In this document: positions 1 to 8,714 of the stretch, piece by piece
Position numbering within the stretch: the first letter of the stretch is position 1
Layout of the letters: every line of letters begins with the position of its first letter
Origin: Acidobacteriota bacterium
GTDB lineage: Bacteria; Acidobacteriota; Terriglobia; Acidiferrales; UBA7541
Length of the DNA stretch: 64,000 bases
Assembly (NCBI GenBank): GCA_021788095.1
Contig: JAJYLB010000011.1
Coordinates: 28,593-92,592 of the forward strand
Direction of reading: 5' to 3'
The notes under the pieces: model-generated
What the model was told of the DNA's origin: nothing
Database searches by the model: none
What the model saw: the letters and a program-made list of their open reading frames with translations, nothing else
Made by a program: the position numbers and the translations under genes

Positions 1-5
1 GGCCG

Positions 6-1655
6 ATGCGCGACGCGTTCGTCAGCAACCTCCGGCCGGCGTTGCTGGTGCTGTTCGCTGCCGTCGCGCTTGTGCTGTTGATTGCCTGCGCCAATGTAGC
101 GAATCTGTTTCTTGTGCGCGGCGCGGTCCGCACGAAGGAAATTGCCCTGCGCGTCGCCCTCGGCGCCAGCCGCGGGCGGATCCTCCGCCAGATGCTTACC
201 GAGAGCTTTGTACTTGCCCTTCTAGGCGGCGGGCTAGGCTTGGCGCTTGCGGTCGCGGCAATTCAATCAATGGCCCGGCTGATTCCGGGGGATATCCTGC
301 TAGGCGCGCGCGTGAACCTAAGCAGCACGGTGCTGCTGGTCACAGCCGGCGTGGACTTGCTGGCAGCAACCCTTTTGGGGCTTGTCCCCCTGGTCCAGTG
401 GGCAGGTCCCGACGCACACGCTGAGCTCAGGACGAGCGCGCGAACGGCTAGCGCGGGCGTGGCACAGGGGCGGCTGCGCGGTGCGCTTGTCGTGGCGGAA
501 ATTTCGCTGGCGCTCGTCCTACTGGCGGGGGCGGGTCTGATGATGAAGAGCCTTTATCTTTTGCTTTTGGTTAGCCCCGGCTTTCAACCGAGCCGCGTGG
601 TGACGGTCGGAATCGGCCTGCGCGCGCCGCAATATTCGACGGATGCAGCTGTGCTCGGCTTTTGGCGGCGGCTCTTAGACCACGTGCGCTCGCTGCCGGG
701 AGCGAGAGGCGCCGCGCTGGGCACCGTCGTTCCGTTCACCGGCGATCACAGCCGTACGGACGTTACCATCGAAGGGATGCGCCTGCCGGGCCTGGGGGCG
801 TGGCCGCACCCCGACGTCCACGTCATTACTCCGGGCTACGTGCGCACCCTCGAGGTGCCACTCCTACGCGGCCGTGCTTTTGCGGATGCTGATAGCGCGA
901 AGGCGCCCGCCGTGGCGCTGGTAAACGAGATGCTTGCCAGGAAGTTCTTTCCCCATGGGGATGCCGTTGGCAAGCGATTCATGTTCGGCCATCCGTCGCC
1001 GGAACATCCGCCCTCCTGGATAACCATCGTCGGCGTGGTGGGCGATACGAAACTGTACGGGCTCGCAAACCCGGCGCGCCTCGAGGTCTACGTTCCTCTG
1101 GCCCAGGCCCCGCAGAGCCATATGGAGCTGCTGGTGAAGTCGGCAACCGGGCCGCCACTGCTGATTTCTGAGATTCGCCGCGCCGTGGCCTCGATTGATC
1201 GGAGCCAGCCCGTGTCTGATATTTCAACTATGGAAGACTTGGTGAGCAACTCGACCGGGCCGAGACGGATCACGTTGGTTCTGCTTGGCGCATTCAGTGG
1301 ACTTGCGCTTGTTTTGGCGGCGGTCGGAATCTACGGCGTCATGTCGTATTCCGTCGCCCAGCGAACGCACGATATCGGCATTCGCGTGGCGCTCGGAGCC
1401 GGGAGGGGTGACATCTTGAAACACGTCCTCGCGGAAGGTATGAGGCTGACGATGCTCGGCGCGGCTATCGGGATTGCCGGCGCGCTGGGTCTGACTCACT
1501 TCCTGGAGAGCTTGCTCTACGGCGTGGCCCCAACCGATCCGGTGATCTTCGCTGCTGTTTCGATGATTCTAGCGGCAGTGGCTCTTCTGGCAAGTTTTGT
1601 TCCCGCGCGCCGGGCCGCGCGCGTCGATCCCGTGGTCGCCCTGCGCCAGGAATGA
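6..1655 (+). CDS. FtsX-family ABC-transporter permease (MacB-like, duplicated FtsX/ADOP-type); N-terminus lies outside the window
   Basis: The ORF is open to the window edge. Two FtsX permease modules (IALRVALGASRGRILRQML and IGIRVALGAGRGDILKHVL) are separated by a MacB-type periplasmic domain. The C-terminus PARRAARVDPVVALRQE is typical of the family. Confidence 0.75.
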   Translation: MRDAFVSNLRPALLVLFAAVALVLLIACANVANLFLVRGAVRTKEIALRVALGASRGRILRQMLTESFVLALLGGGLGLALAVAAIQSMARLIPGDILLGARVNLSSTVLLVTAGVDLLAATLLGLVPLVQWAGPDAHAELRTSARTASAGVAQGRLRGALVVAEISLALVLLAGAGLMMKSLYLLLLVSPGFQPSRVVTVGIGLRAPQYSTDAAVLGFWRRLLDHVRSLPGARGAALGTVVPFTGDHSRTDVTIEGMRLPGLGAWPHPDVHVITPGYVRTLEVPLLRGRAFADADSAKAPAVALVNEMLARKFFPHGDAVGKRFMFGHPSPEHPPSWITIVGVVGDTKLYGLANPARLEVYVPLAQAPQSHMELLVKSATGPPLLISEIRRAVASIDRSQPVSDISTMEDLVSNSTGPRRITLVLLGAFSGLALVLAAVGIYGVMSYSVAQRTHDIGIRVALGAGRGDILKHVLAEGMRLTMLGAAIGIAGALGLTHFLESLLYGVAPTDPVIFAAVSMILAAVALLASFVPARRAARVDPVVALRQE

Positions 1656-1704
1656 GACAGGCAGTGGCAATTGGCTAGCTGGCCGGTGGCTGGAGCCGGA
1701 GCCG

Positions 1705-2415
1705 TTAGCCGGACACGGGAGATTGCTCCGAGAACGTGTGGATGCCGCACTCGAGTTTCTGCCCGCCCCAGCGACCCGAGCGGGGATTCGCGGGGTCGGT
1801 CGGCAGCGTGGTGCAGGGCTCGCAACCGATGCTGGTGTAGCCGCGATCGTATTGAGGCAAGTAGCTGAGCCCGTGCGCCCGCGTATATTCCCAGACGCGC
1901 TCCCGGCTCCAATCGGCCAGCGGATTCACCTTCAGCAGGCTCTTTCCGCCGGGCAGCCGGTGCTGCTCGATTTTCTTCAGGTCCCTCCTCGTCGGTGATT
2001 GCTCCCGGCGCAAGCCGGTGAACCAAATGTCGTAAGGATCGAGGCCCGCCATGAGCGGCTCGACCTTGCGCAACTGGCAGCAGCGCGTGGGGTTCTGCTG
2101 GTAGAGGATTCCGAACTCGGACTCCTGCTGCGCCACCGTCTGCTTCGCCGTCAGATTCACGAGTTTCAGACCCCACTCGCGAACGAGTCTGTCCCGGAAC
2201 GCGTACGTCTCGGCGAAATGGTAGCCGGTGTCGAGGAACAGGACGGGAACGTTCGGCAGGCGCTTGCGAACCAGATGCAGTACGACGATGCCTTCCGCCT
2301 GGAAACTGCAGGTGAGGCATGCCCGGAAGTTCCCGGCTGCCTCGAATGCCAGTTCCACAATCTCTTCCGCGCTCCTACCCTCGAGATACTGGCTATTTTC
2401 CCATTCGCGCGTCAT
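1705..2415 (-). CDS. cysH: assimilatory APS/PAPS reductase (Fe-S type CysH)
   Basis: PAPS_reduct fold (VLFLDTGYHFAETY), a CC pair (NPTRCCQLRKVEPL), a C-terminal CEPC motif and an ECGIH motif. The Cys pairs indicate the Fe-S-containing APS-reductase subtype. Confidence 0.9.
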   Translation of the reverse strand: MTREWENSQYLEGRSAEEIVELAFEAAGNFRACLTCSFQAEGIVVLHLVRKRLPNVPVLFLDTGYHFAETYAFRDRLVREWGLKLVNLTAKQTVAQQESEFGILYQQNPTRCCQLRKVEPLMAGLDPYDIWFTGLRREQSPTRRDLKKIEQHRLPGGKSLLKVNPLADWSRERVWEYTRAHGLSYLPQYDRGYTSIGCEPCTTLPTDPANPRSGRWGGQKLECGIHTFSEQSPVSG

Positions 2416-2451
2416 TCGCTCTCTCTCCCTTCTCAGGTCGTCTGGTCCTCG

Positions 2452-2494
2452 AAAAACAAAAAGCCCACCGGCCAGGCACTCTGGCGGCGGGCTT
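2452..2494 (-). terminator. intrinsic terminator-like hairpin inside the cysH 5' leader
   Basis: Minus-strand RNA reads aagcccgccgccagagugccuggccggugggcuu followed by uuuuuguuuuu. This gives a 10-bp GC-rich stem plus a 4-bp inner stem and a U-tract, ending 37 nt upstream of the cysH ATG. No upstream minus-strand gene is present for it to terminate. Confidence 0.6.
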
Positions 2495-2522
2495 CACTAC
2501 CCCTCGTTCGGAACGGGATCTC

Positions 2523-2624
2523 TTAGATCACGCGCCTCCCCACGCCAGAGCGCACCCAGGCGCTACACATCGCGCCGCGACAGCACCGGTTCGCTGGGGC
2601 ACTCTTGCGTGCGTCGAAACTCAT
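2523..2624 (-). CDS. candidate 33-aa leader peptide with Cys codons (MSFDARKSAPANRCCRGAMCSAWVRSGVGRRVI)
   Basis: The ATG lies 7 nt downstream of a -10-like hexamer. It has tandem TGC-TGT codons at positions 14-15 and TGT at position 20. The ORF covers the antiterminator segment CTCTGGCG and stops 28 nt before the terminator stem. Confidence 0.3.
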   Translation of the reverse strand: MSFDARKSAPANRCCRGAMCSAWVRSGVGRRVI

Positions 2625-2631
2625 AGCCGCT

Positions 2632-2660
2632 ACGTTACCTGATAAAGAAGGAGGTCGCAA
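2632..2660 (-). promoter_or_regulatory. sigma70-like promoter for the cysH leader (TTGCGA-17 nt-TAACGT)
   Basis: On the minus strand, TTGCGA (2660-2655), a 17-nt spacer and TAACGT (2637-2632). It sits in a locally AT-richer stretch. Confidence 0.35.
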
Positions 2661-2800
2661 GCTAATTCTACTGTTTGTAGGGTATTTCTCCATCCCTATC
2701 GCAACTCGCACATCCATAAGAAGTTGCAATGGAACACACCCCGCCAGACGCCAAGTCGCAAGGTCTTCGGTCCGCGGCCAGCCCTACGCTGCTAAACGAG

Positions 2801-3076
2801 CACAGACTAAAGAATCTGTGTGGCAACCCGGGTCTTACGAAAGGGCACGGCTTCAGCCGTGCCGAAAGTCCTTGCCCATCAACGCGGCTTTAGCCGCTGA
2901 GGGCTGTATCCGCCAGTTGCCACACAGACTCTAAAGTCTGTGCCGCGGCACCGCGCGGCCGGCATCGGACCTCTCAAGTTCTCCGGCTCCTCACCGGGTC
3001 ATTCCCGCGCAAGCGGGAATCCAGTCCTGTCGATGCCCCGCCGCTGAAACTGGATTCCTGCTTGAGGGAATGACCG
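2801..3076. repeat. cluster of short GC-rich hairpin repeats plus an ~80-nt imperfect palindrome
   Basis: Hairpins are cacagaCTAAAGAAtctgtg (2801-2820), ggcacggcTTCAgccgtgcc (2844-2863), gcggcTTTAgccgc (2884-2897) and cacagaCTCTAAAGtctgtg (2923-2942). The palindrome gggtcattcccgcgcaagcgggaatccagt...actggattcctgcttgagggaatgacc spans 2996-3076. Related copies occur at 16538, 23037 and 62887-63227. Confidence 0.7.
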
Positions 3077-3376
3077 TTACACAGCGCGGCCATGCGGCCG
3101 CGACCCGGCGCGCCCGACCCCAACGAGAGCACAAACTTCAGTCTGTGGGCCTTGAGTGACTCCCATTCTCCGGACACCCTCCGGGCCTGCGCCTGGTCCA
3201 ATCGAAACCCATACTTGTTTCACGGGGTCTACAGTGATGGAATAGACGGTTCGGTGTGTCCCGAAGCGCCCTGTACGCTGCTCGGAACCGCCGGAACATC
3301 CGACCGGAGGAAAGGAATCCCGACCGGGTGGCTGCTGAAACAAGAGTTCGATTTCGATAGGGGGTGGAAGTCCCTT

Positions 3377-4984
3377 ATGAAGCCTTCACAAATTGCTGGA
3401 CGAGCAGGCCCGTCGTTGGTCAAAACCCTCGTGTCCGCATTGCTGGTCCTTCTGGCGCTGGCGTTCGCGCCCGGTTGGGTGCCTGCTTCCCACGCGCAAA
3501 CGAATATTTCCGGGGTGTGGGTGATCAAGACCACCGCGCCCGATGGCAACGTCCGCAGCCTCTATTTCGAATTCAAACAAGTTGGCGAAGCGGTCACCGG
3601 CCAGATGATGTTCGGTCCCGGCCGCGGCCGCCCGATCAGTGATGGGAACTTTAAGGATGGCAAGCTGCACTTCGTGATGACGTTCGGCCGGGCGCCGCAG
3701 TCGCGCCAGATCCCCTACGACGGCACTTTGAAAGACGGCAAGCTGTATCTGACTCTTCCGGGGTTTCGCGGCCAGCCGCCGCGCACAGCCGTTGCCGAGC
3801 GGGCGAGCGCAGAGGATTTGAAAGCGCTGCAGCCGCCGCCTCGGCTTCCCCTGCCCGCCTTGCACCACGTGCGGTACAACGGCTTGGCGAAGACGCCGCC
3901 GATGGGCTGGAACAGTTGGAATAAGTTCGCCGGCCAAGTCAACGATCAAGACGTTCGCGGAATGGCCAAGGCCATGGTGACGAGCGGCATGAAAGCCGCC
4001 GGCTACACCTACGTCAACATTGACGACACGTGGGAAGGCCCGCGCGACGCCAAGGGCGAGATCACTACAAACAACAAGTTCCCGGACATGAAGGCACTGG
4101 CCGACTACGTTCATTCCCTCGGCTTGAAATTCGGAATCTATTCCTCGCCGGGTCCCACCACCTGCGCCGGGTATACGGGCACCTACGGCCACGTGCAGCA
4201 GGACGCCGATACCTACGCCAAGTGGGGAGTCGACTATTTGAAATACGACTGGTGCAGCGAAACCGAAATCTACCCTGTCGGCGGCCACGGGTATCCCACG
4301 GTGGACGAGATGCGCGGCGTCTACCAGGAGATGGGCGACGCCTTGCTGAAAACCGGCCGGCCCATCGTCTTCAGCCTCTGCGAATACGGCTGGGACGACG
4401 TCTGGAACTGGGGCGCCACGGTCGGCGGGAACCTCTGGCGCATCACCGGAGACATCGGCGACAACTGGAATTCCATGATCCGCAACGGCCTTGGGGGAGT
4501 CAACCTCTCGAAATACACGCGGCCGGGACACTGGAACGATCCCGACATGCTCGAAATCGGCAATGGCCACATGACGGACGAGGAATACCGCACGCACATG
4601 AGTCTGTGGTCCATGCTCGCCGCGCCCTTGATTGCAGGCAACGATTTGCGCAGTATGACGCCCGACATCAAGGCCATCCTCACCAATCGCGAAGTCATCG
4701 CCATCGACCAGGATCCGGCCGGGAAACCGGTGGATAGACTCACCGACCCGCAATCGACCCAGTTGGTTTTGACGCGCCCGCTCGCCGATGGCTCGCACGC
4801 GGTGGGCCTATTCAATCTTGCCGACCAGCCGCAAAGCATCACCGTAAACTGGAGCGCAGCAGGCATTAGCGGGAAGAAACTCCGCGCGCGGGACCTATGG
4901 GAACACACGAACGTCCGTGTCTCCCTACCCGCCTACACGGCAACGGTCCCGGCACACGGAGTCGTCCTGCTTCGAGTGAAGTAG
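3377..4984 (+). CDS. secreted GH27 alpha-galactosidase with an extra N-terminal domain
   Basis: The in-frame ATG at 3377 gives the signal peptide MKPSQIAGRAGPSLVKTLVSALLVLLALAFAPGWVPASHA. GH27 motifs: PPMGWNSWNKF, YVNIDDTW, KFGIYSSPG, LKYDWC, DPDMLEIGN. The upstream part of the 3092 ORF overlaps the repeat cluster. Confidence 0.85.
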   Translation: MKPSQIAGRAGPSLVKTLVSALLVLLALAFAPGWVPASHAQTNISGVWVIKTTAPDGNVRSLYFEFKQVGEAVTGQMMFGPGRGRPISDGNFKDGKLHFVMTFGRAPQSRQIPYDGTLKDGKLYLTLPGFRGQPPRTAVAERASAEDLKALQPPPRLPLPALHHVRYNGLAKTPPMGWNSWNKFAGQVNDQDVRGMAKAMVTSGMKAAGYTYVNIDDTWEGPRDAKGEITTNNKFPDMKALADYVHSLGLKFGIYSSPGPTTCAGYTGTYGHVQQDADTYAKWGVDYLKYDWCSETEIYPVGGHGYPTVDEMRGVYQEMGDALLKTGRPIVFSLCEYGWDDVWNWGATVGGNLWRITGDIGDNWNSMIRNGLGGVNLSKYTRPGHWNDPDMLEIGNGHMTDEEYRTHMSLWSMLAAPLIAGNDLRSMTPDIKAILTNREVIAIDQDPAGKPVDRLTDPQSTQLVLTRPLADGSHAVGLFNLADQPQSITVNWSAAGISGKKLRARDLWEHTNVRVSLPAYTATVPAHGVVLLRVK

Positions 4985-5104
4985 TCAAAATGCGCCTCCC
5001 GCGGTTCCGGCGCCGTCCCCGCGGCGCAGCAGACGGCGTCGCAGCCGTGCGGCTGTGCGGAAATCCGGTATCATGGGCGGGTCACGCCGGGGACCGAACG
5101 CCCA

Positions 5105-6463
5105 GTGAAAACGAGCGGCCTCGAACCCGCCTCCCTCAATATGCAGGGCGCCATTCGCGTCACCGATCTCGTCGTTCACTCCATCGCCATCGCCGATCCG
5201 CCGCTTCGCAGCTCCTATGGCCGCCACCAACCCTACGCGTTGCGCACGATCGTCGAGCTTCGAAGCGACGCCGGAATCACCGGCATCGCGGAAACGCACG
5301 GCGGCGAAGCCATCGCCGGAGCATTTCACTCCCTCCGCCCGCGGGTTATCGGAATGGATCCGTACCGGCTGGCGGGGGATCTGCTGCCGATGCTCGAGCC
5401 TCCCGCCGAAAGCACGAATGAAGGCCGCTCCCAAACGCATTTCGTTCCCGGCGAAAATCCGCTGGACATCGGCGCTCGCCTCTATGCGGCTCTCGAGATC
5501 GCCAGCCTGGATCTGGTCGGCAAAGCGGTCGGCATCCCCGTTTGCGACCTGCTGGGCGGCCGCGCGCGCGACGAAGTCCCCTTTTGCGCCTACGCGTTTT
5601 ACAAGCACGCGGGAGGCGGCGGCGAGGCCGATGACGCGCGCGAAGATCGCTACGGCGAAGCCCTCACGCCGCCCGCGCTGGTCCGGCAAGTCGAACGGAT
5701 GATCGCCGAATACGGCTACGAAGAGGTGAAGCTGAAAGCCGGCGTCCTCGATCCCGAACTCGAAATCGAAACGATCCGCCAGCTTCGCGCCGCGCTGGGC
5801 CCGGCCGTTCCCCTGCGCCTGGACCCGAACTGCGCGTGGTCGGTCGAAACGTCGGTGCGCCTGGGGAAGGCGCTGGCCGGCGAATTGGCCGGCGGAGGCT
5901 ACCTCGAGGATCCCACGGCCGGCCTGGCGGGAATGGCGGAGGTGCGCCGGCGGCTGCTGGCCGAAGGAGTGCCGGCGCCCTTGGCGAGCAACGTGGCGGT
6001 CACCGGGTTCGCCGACATCCCCGAGAGCATCCCGAGAGACGCGGTGCAGATCGTTCTTTGCGATCCGCATTACTGGGGCGGCATCCGGCAGGTGCAGCAC
6101 CTCGGCAAAATCTGCCGCGTTTTCGGCTTGGGACTTTCCATGCACTCGAACACCCACCTCGGCGTCTCGCTCATGGCCATGACCCACGCCGCCGCCGCTA
6201 CTCCCCACCTCTCGTACGCTTGCGATACGCATTACCCGTGGCAAGCGGAGGAGGATGAAGTCGTGGCGGGAGGCCGCGTGCCCATCGTGAAGGGCCGAGT
6301 GCGAATTCCCGACAAGCCGGGGCTGGGCGTGGAACTCGATTACGACCGGCTGGCGCGGGGCCGCGAGCGCTACGCCCGCTGCGCGTACCGGCGCCGTGAC
6401 GACGAAGCGGAAATGCGCAAGCACGTGGACCCGAATTGGCGGCGTATCCTGCCGCGATGGTGA
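5105..6463 (+). CDS. gudD: glucarate dehydratase (enolase superfamily)
   Basis: Motifs KLKAGV, LRLDPNCAWS, YLEDP, LCDPHYWGG, SMHSNTHLGVS and CDTHYPWQ. GTG start at 5105, with an alternative ATG at 5141. Confidence 0.8.
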   Translation: MKTSGLEPASLNMQGAIRVTDLVVHSIAIADPPLRSSYGRHQPYALRTIVELRSDAGITGIAETHGGEAIAGAFHSLRPRVIGMDPYRLAGDLLPMLEPPAESTNEGRSQTHFVPGENPLDIGARLYAALEIASLDLVGKAVGIPVCDLLGGRARDEVPFCAYAFYKHAGGGGEADDAREDRYGEALTPPALVRQVERMIAEYGYEEVKLKAGVLDPELEIETIRQLRAALGPAVPLRLDPNCAWSVETSVRLGKALAGELAGGGYLEDPTAGLAGMAEVRRRLLAEGVPAPLASNVAVTGFADIPESIPRDAVQIVLCDPHYWGGIRQVQHLGKICRVFGLGLSMHSNTHLGVSLMAMTHAAAATPHLSYACDTHYPWQAEEDEVVAGGRVPIVKGRVRIPDKPGLGVELDYDRLARGRERYARCAYRRRDDEAEMRKHVDPNWRRILPRW

Positions 6464-7377
6464 ACGCCATGAAACCCGAAGAATTGCGAGCGAGGCTTCG
6501 CGGAGTGATCGCGTTTCCCGTGACGCCGTTCGCGCCCGATCTTTCCCTGGACCTCGGAGGCCTCCGGCAGAATATCCGCCGGCTGCTGCGCTATCCGATT
6601 TGCGGGATCGTTGCCGCCGGCGGCACTGGCGAACTCTATTCCCTCTCCCCCGCCGAACATGCGGAAGTGGTGAGGGCCGTCGTCGAGGAAGCCGCCGGCC
6701 AAGTGCCCGTTTTCGCCGGGGCGGGATTCAATTGTGCCATCGCCACGGAATTGGCAAAGCAATCCGCTCGCCTCGGCGCCGGCGCCGTTCTCGCCTTCCC
6801 GCCCTACTTTCCGAATGCCGACGAGGAAGCTCTGGCCGACTACTACGCCACCATCGGCGCGGCGACTGCGCTGCCCTTGTTCGTCTACAGTCGCGACTGG
6901 GTTAATCCCTCCCCGGCCTGGGTCGAGAAATTGGCCCTTCGCGTTCCCACGCTCCTTGGCTGGAAGGACGGCCAGGGCGACCTGCGGCGCTACCAGCAGA
7001 TCATCGACCGGCTGGGTGATCGTCTGCACTGGATCGGCGGCGTGGGAGATGACGCCGTGCCCGGCTATTACAGCATCGGTATTCGCGTCTACACTTCCAG
7101 CATCGCCAATGTCGCGCCGAAGCTTTCCCTCGAGCTGCACGAAGCCGCCGCCGGAGATTCCGTTGCGCTCGGCCGCTTGATGCGCGAATTCGTGATCCCT
7201 CTCTACGCCCTTCGCTCGAGGCGGAAGGGCTACGAAGTCAGTGTCATGAAGGAAATGATGAATCTTGCTGGCCTTCCTGCCGGGCCCGTGCGGCCTCCGC
7301 TGCCGCACTTGCGCGCGGAAGACGCCGCCGCGCTCCGCGCCATGATGGAGCGCTGGCGCCCAGAGATCGGTTCCTGA
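6436..7377 (+). CDS. kdgD: 5-dehydro-4-deoxyglucarate dehydratase (DapA/NAL family)
   Basis: Motifs IAFPVTPF, AAGGTGELYSL and FPPYF, plus the gudD neighbour. The ORF overlaps gudD by 28 nt, so the true start may be ATG 6457 or 6469. Confidence 0.8.
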   Translation: MAAYPAAMVNAMKPEELRARLRGVIAFPVTPFAPDLSLDLGGLRQNIRRLLRYPICGIVAAGGTGELYSLSPAEHAEVVRAVVEEAAGQVPVFAGAGFNCAIATELAKQSARLGAGAVLAFPPYFPNADEEALADYYATIGAATALPLFVYSRDWVNPSPAWVEKLALRVPTLLGWKDGQGDLRRYQQIIDRLGDRLHWIGGVGDDAVPGYYSIGIRVYTSSIANVAPKLSLELHEAAAGDSVALGRLMREFVIPLYALRSRRKGYEVSVMKEMMNLAGLPAGPVRPPLPHLRAEDAAALRAMMERWRPEIGS

Positions 7378-7388
7378 ATGCGGCTCAT

Positions 7389-8714
7389 GTGTCCATGAAA
7401 CCCACGGGGGAGCGCTGGAAGGTCCTCGCCTGGCTCTGCTGCCTTTCCGTCTTCACCTACATCGGGCGAATCGGCATCAGCAGCCAAATCCGCGAAAACA
7501 TCGAACGCGATCTGCACCTGATTCCTTCCCTCACCGCCTACGCCATCGCCGCCTTTACCCTCTCTTACGCGCTGTTCGAGTTGCCCTTCGGCTGGCTGGG
7601 TGACCGGCTCGGCCCGCGCAAGGTCCTGATGCGCGTGGTGGTTTGCTGGATGGTTTTCACCGCGCTCACGGGCGCCGCTTGGAACCTGGCCAGCTTGATC
7701 TTTTTCCGCTTCATGATCGGGGTAGGGGAAGCGGGCGCGTTTCCCAACATCGCGCGCGCGACGCGCGAGTGGTTTCCGTACCGCGAGCGCGGCCTGGCGC
7801 AGGGCTACGTCTGGATGCTGGCGCGACTGGGCGGCGCCATCACGTTCCCTGCTCTGTTGGCGCTGACTTGGGTGCTGGGCTGGCGCTGGGCTTTCGTCTC
7901 CATCGGGGCGATCGGCGTCCTCTGGGCCTGGGCGTTCTGGAAGCGATTCCGCGACAGGCCGGCGCAAGATCCGAAAGTGAACGCAGCCGAGCTGGCCCTG
8001 ATCTCCGAGGGCCGGGGCGAAACCGCGAAATTGGCTCCTCTCTCCTGGCGCACCATGCTCCTGAGCCCGACGATCTGGTTCCTGCTGGTGATGTATTTCG
8101 CGAGCAACGCCGGCTGGTCGTTCTTCGCCAGTTGGATCACGCCGTACGTCGAAAGCGACCTGCGCTTGAATGGCATGGCCCTGGCCCTGGCGTCGGGTTC
8201 CCCGCTCTTCTTCGGTGGAATCGCCTGCTTCCTCGGCGGATTTCTGACGGACCGGATGGTCCGCGGCTGGGGCCGGCGCTGGGGCCGTACGCTGATCGGC
8301 GCCGTCGGCTACGGAGTGGCGGGAACCCTCATGCTCGTCGCGTTCAAAACCACGGCTCACCACCGCGACTGGGCCCTGGCCGCCATTTGCCTCTCCTCTT
8401 TTGCCAAGGACTTGGGAATGGCCGCCACCTGGGCGATCGCCATCGACGTCGGCCACCGCTACAGCGGAACGGTTTCCGGGCTGATGAATTCCTTCGGCAA
8501 TATGGCTCAGGTGATCTCGGTGCCCGTCGTCGCTTACCTGGCCGTCTGGGCGGGTAAACGAGGCCATTTGAACTGGCAGGTGTCGCTTTATTACTACGGC
8601 GCAATGTTCTTCATCGCCGCGGTTTGCTTCCTGTTCATCGAGCCGCGCAAGGTGGTTGTCTATTCCGAAGAAGACCGCCTGCGCCTCGAAGCCGCCGGCG
8701 CGCTTGGCCGCTAA
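7389..8714 (+). CDS. MFS transporter (anionic sugar-acid / glucarate-hexuronate type)
   Basis: Twelve-TM pattern with the MFS loop motif GWLGDRLGPRKV. It lies directly downstream of gudD-kdgD. Confidence 0.8.
   Translation: MSMKPTGERWKVLAWLCCLSVFTYIGRIGISSQIRENIERDLHLIPSLTAYAIAAFTLSYALFELPFGWLGDRLGPRKVLMRVVVCWMVFTALTGAAWNLASLIFFRFMIGVGEAGAFPNIARATREWFPYRERGLAQGYVWMLARLGGAITFPALLALTWVLGWRWAFVSIGAIGVLWAWAFWKRFRDRPAQDPKVNAAELALISEGRGETAKLAPLSWRTMLLSPTIWFLLVMYFASNAGWSFFASWITPYVESDLRLNGMALALASGSPLFFGGIACFLGGFLTDRMVRGWGRRWGRTLIGAVGYGVAGTLMLVAFKTTAHHRDWALAAICLSSFAKDLGMAATWAIAIDVGHRYSGTVSGLMNSFGNMAQVISVPVVAYLAVWAGKRGHLNWQVSLYYYGAMFFIAAVCFLFIEPRKVVVYSEEDRLRLEAAGALGR

Noticed and set aside
2416-2660. 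SAM-I (S-box) riboswitch upstream of cysH
   Set aside because: I looked for the conserved GAGGGA, GGCCC and GGCAACC elements and a P1 helix and did not find them. A weak resemblance of CAAGAGUGCCCCAGCG to the 5' end of SAM-IV is not backed by the rest of that motif. It is kept only as an alternative in the attenuator finding.
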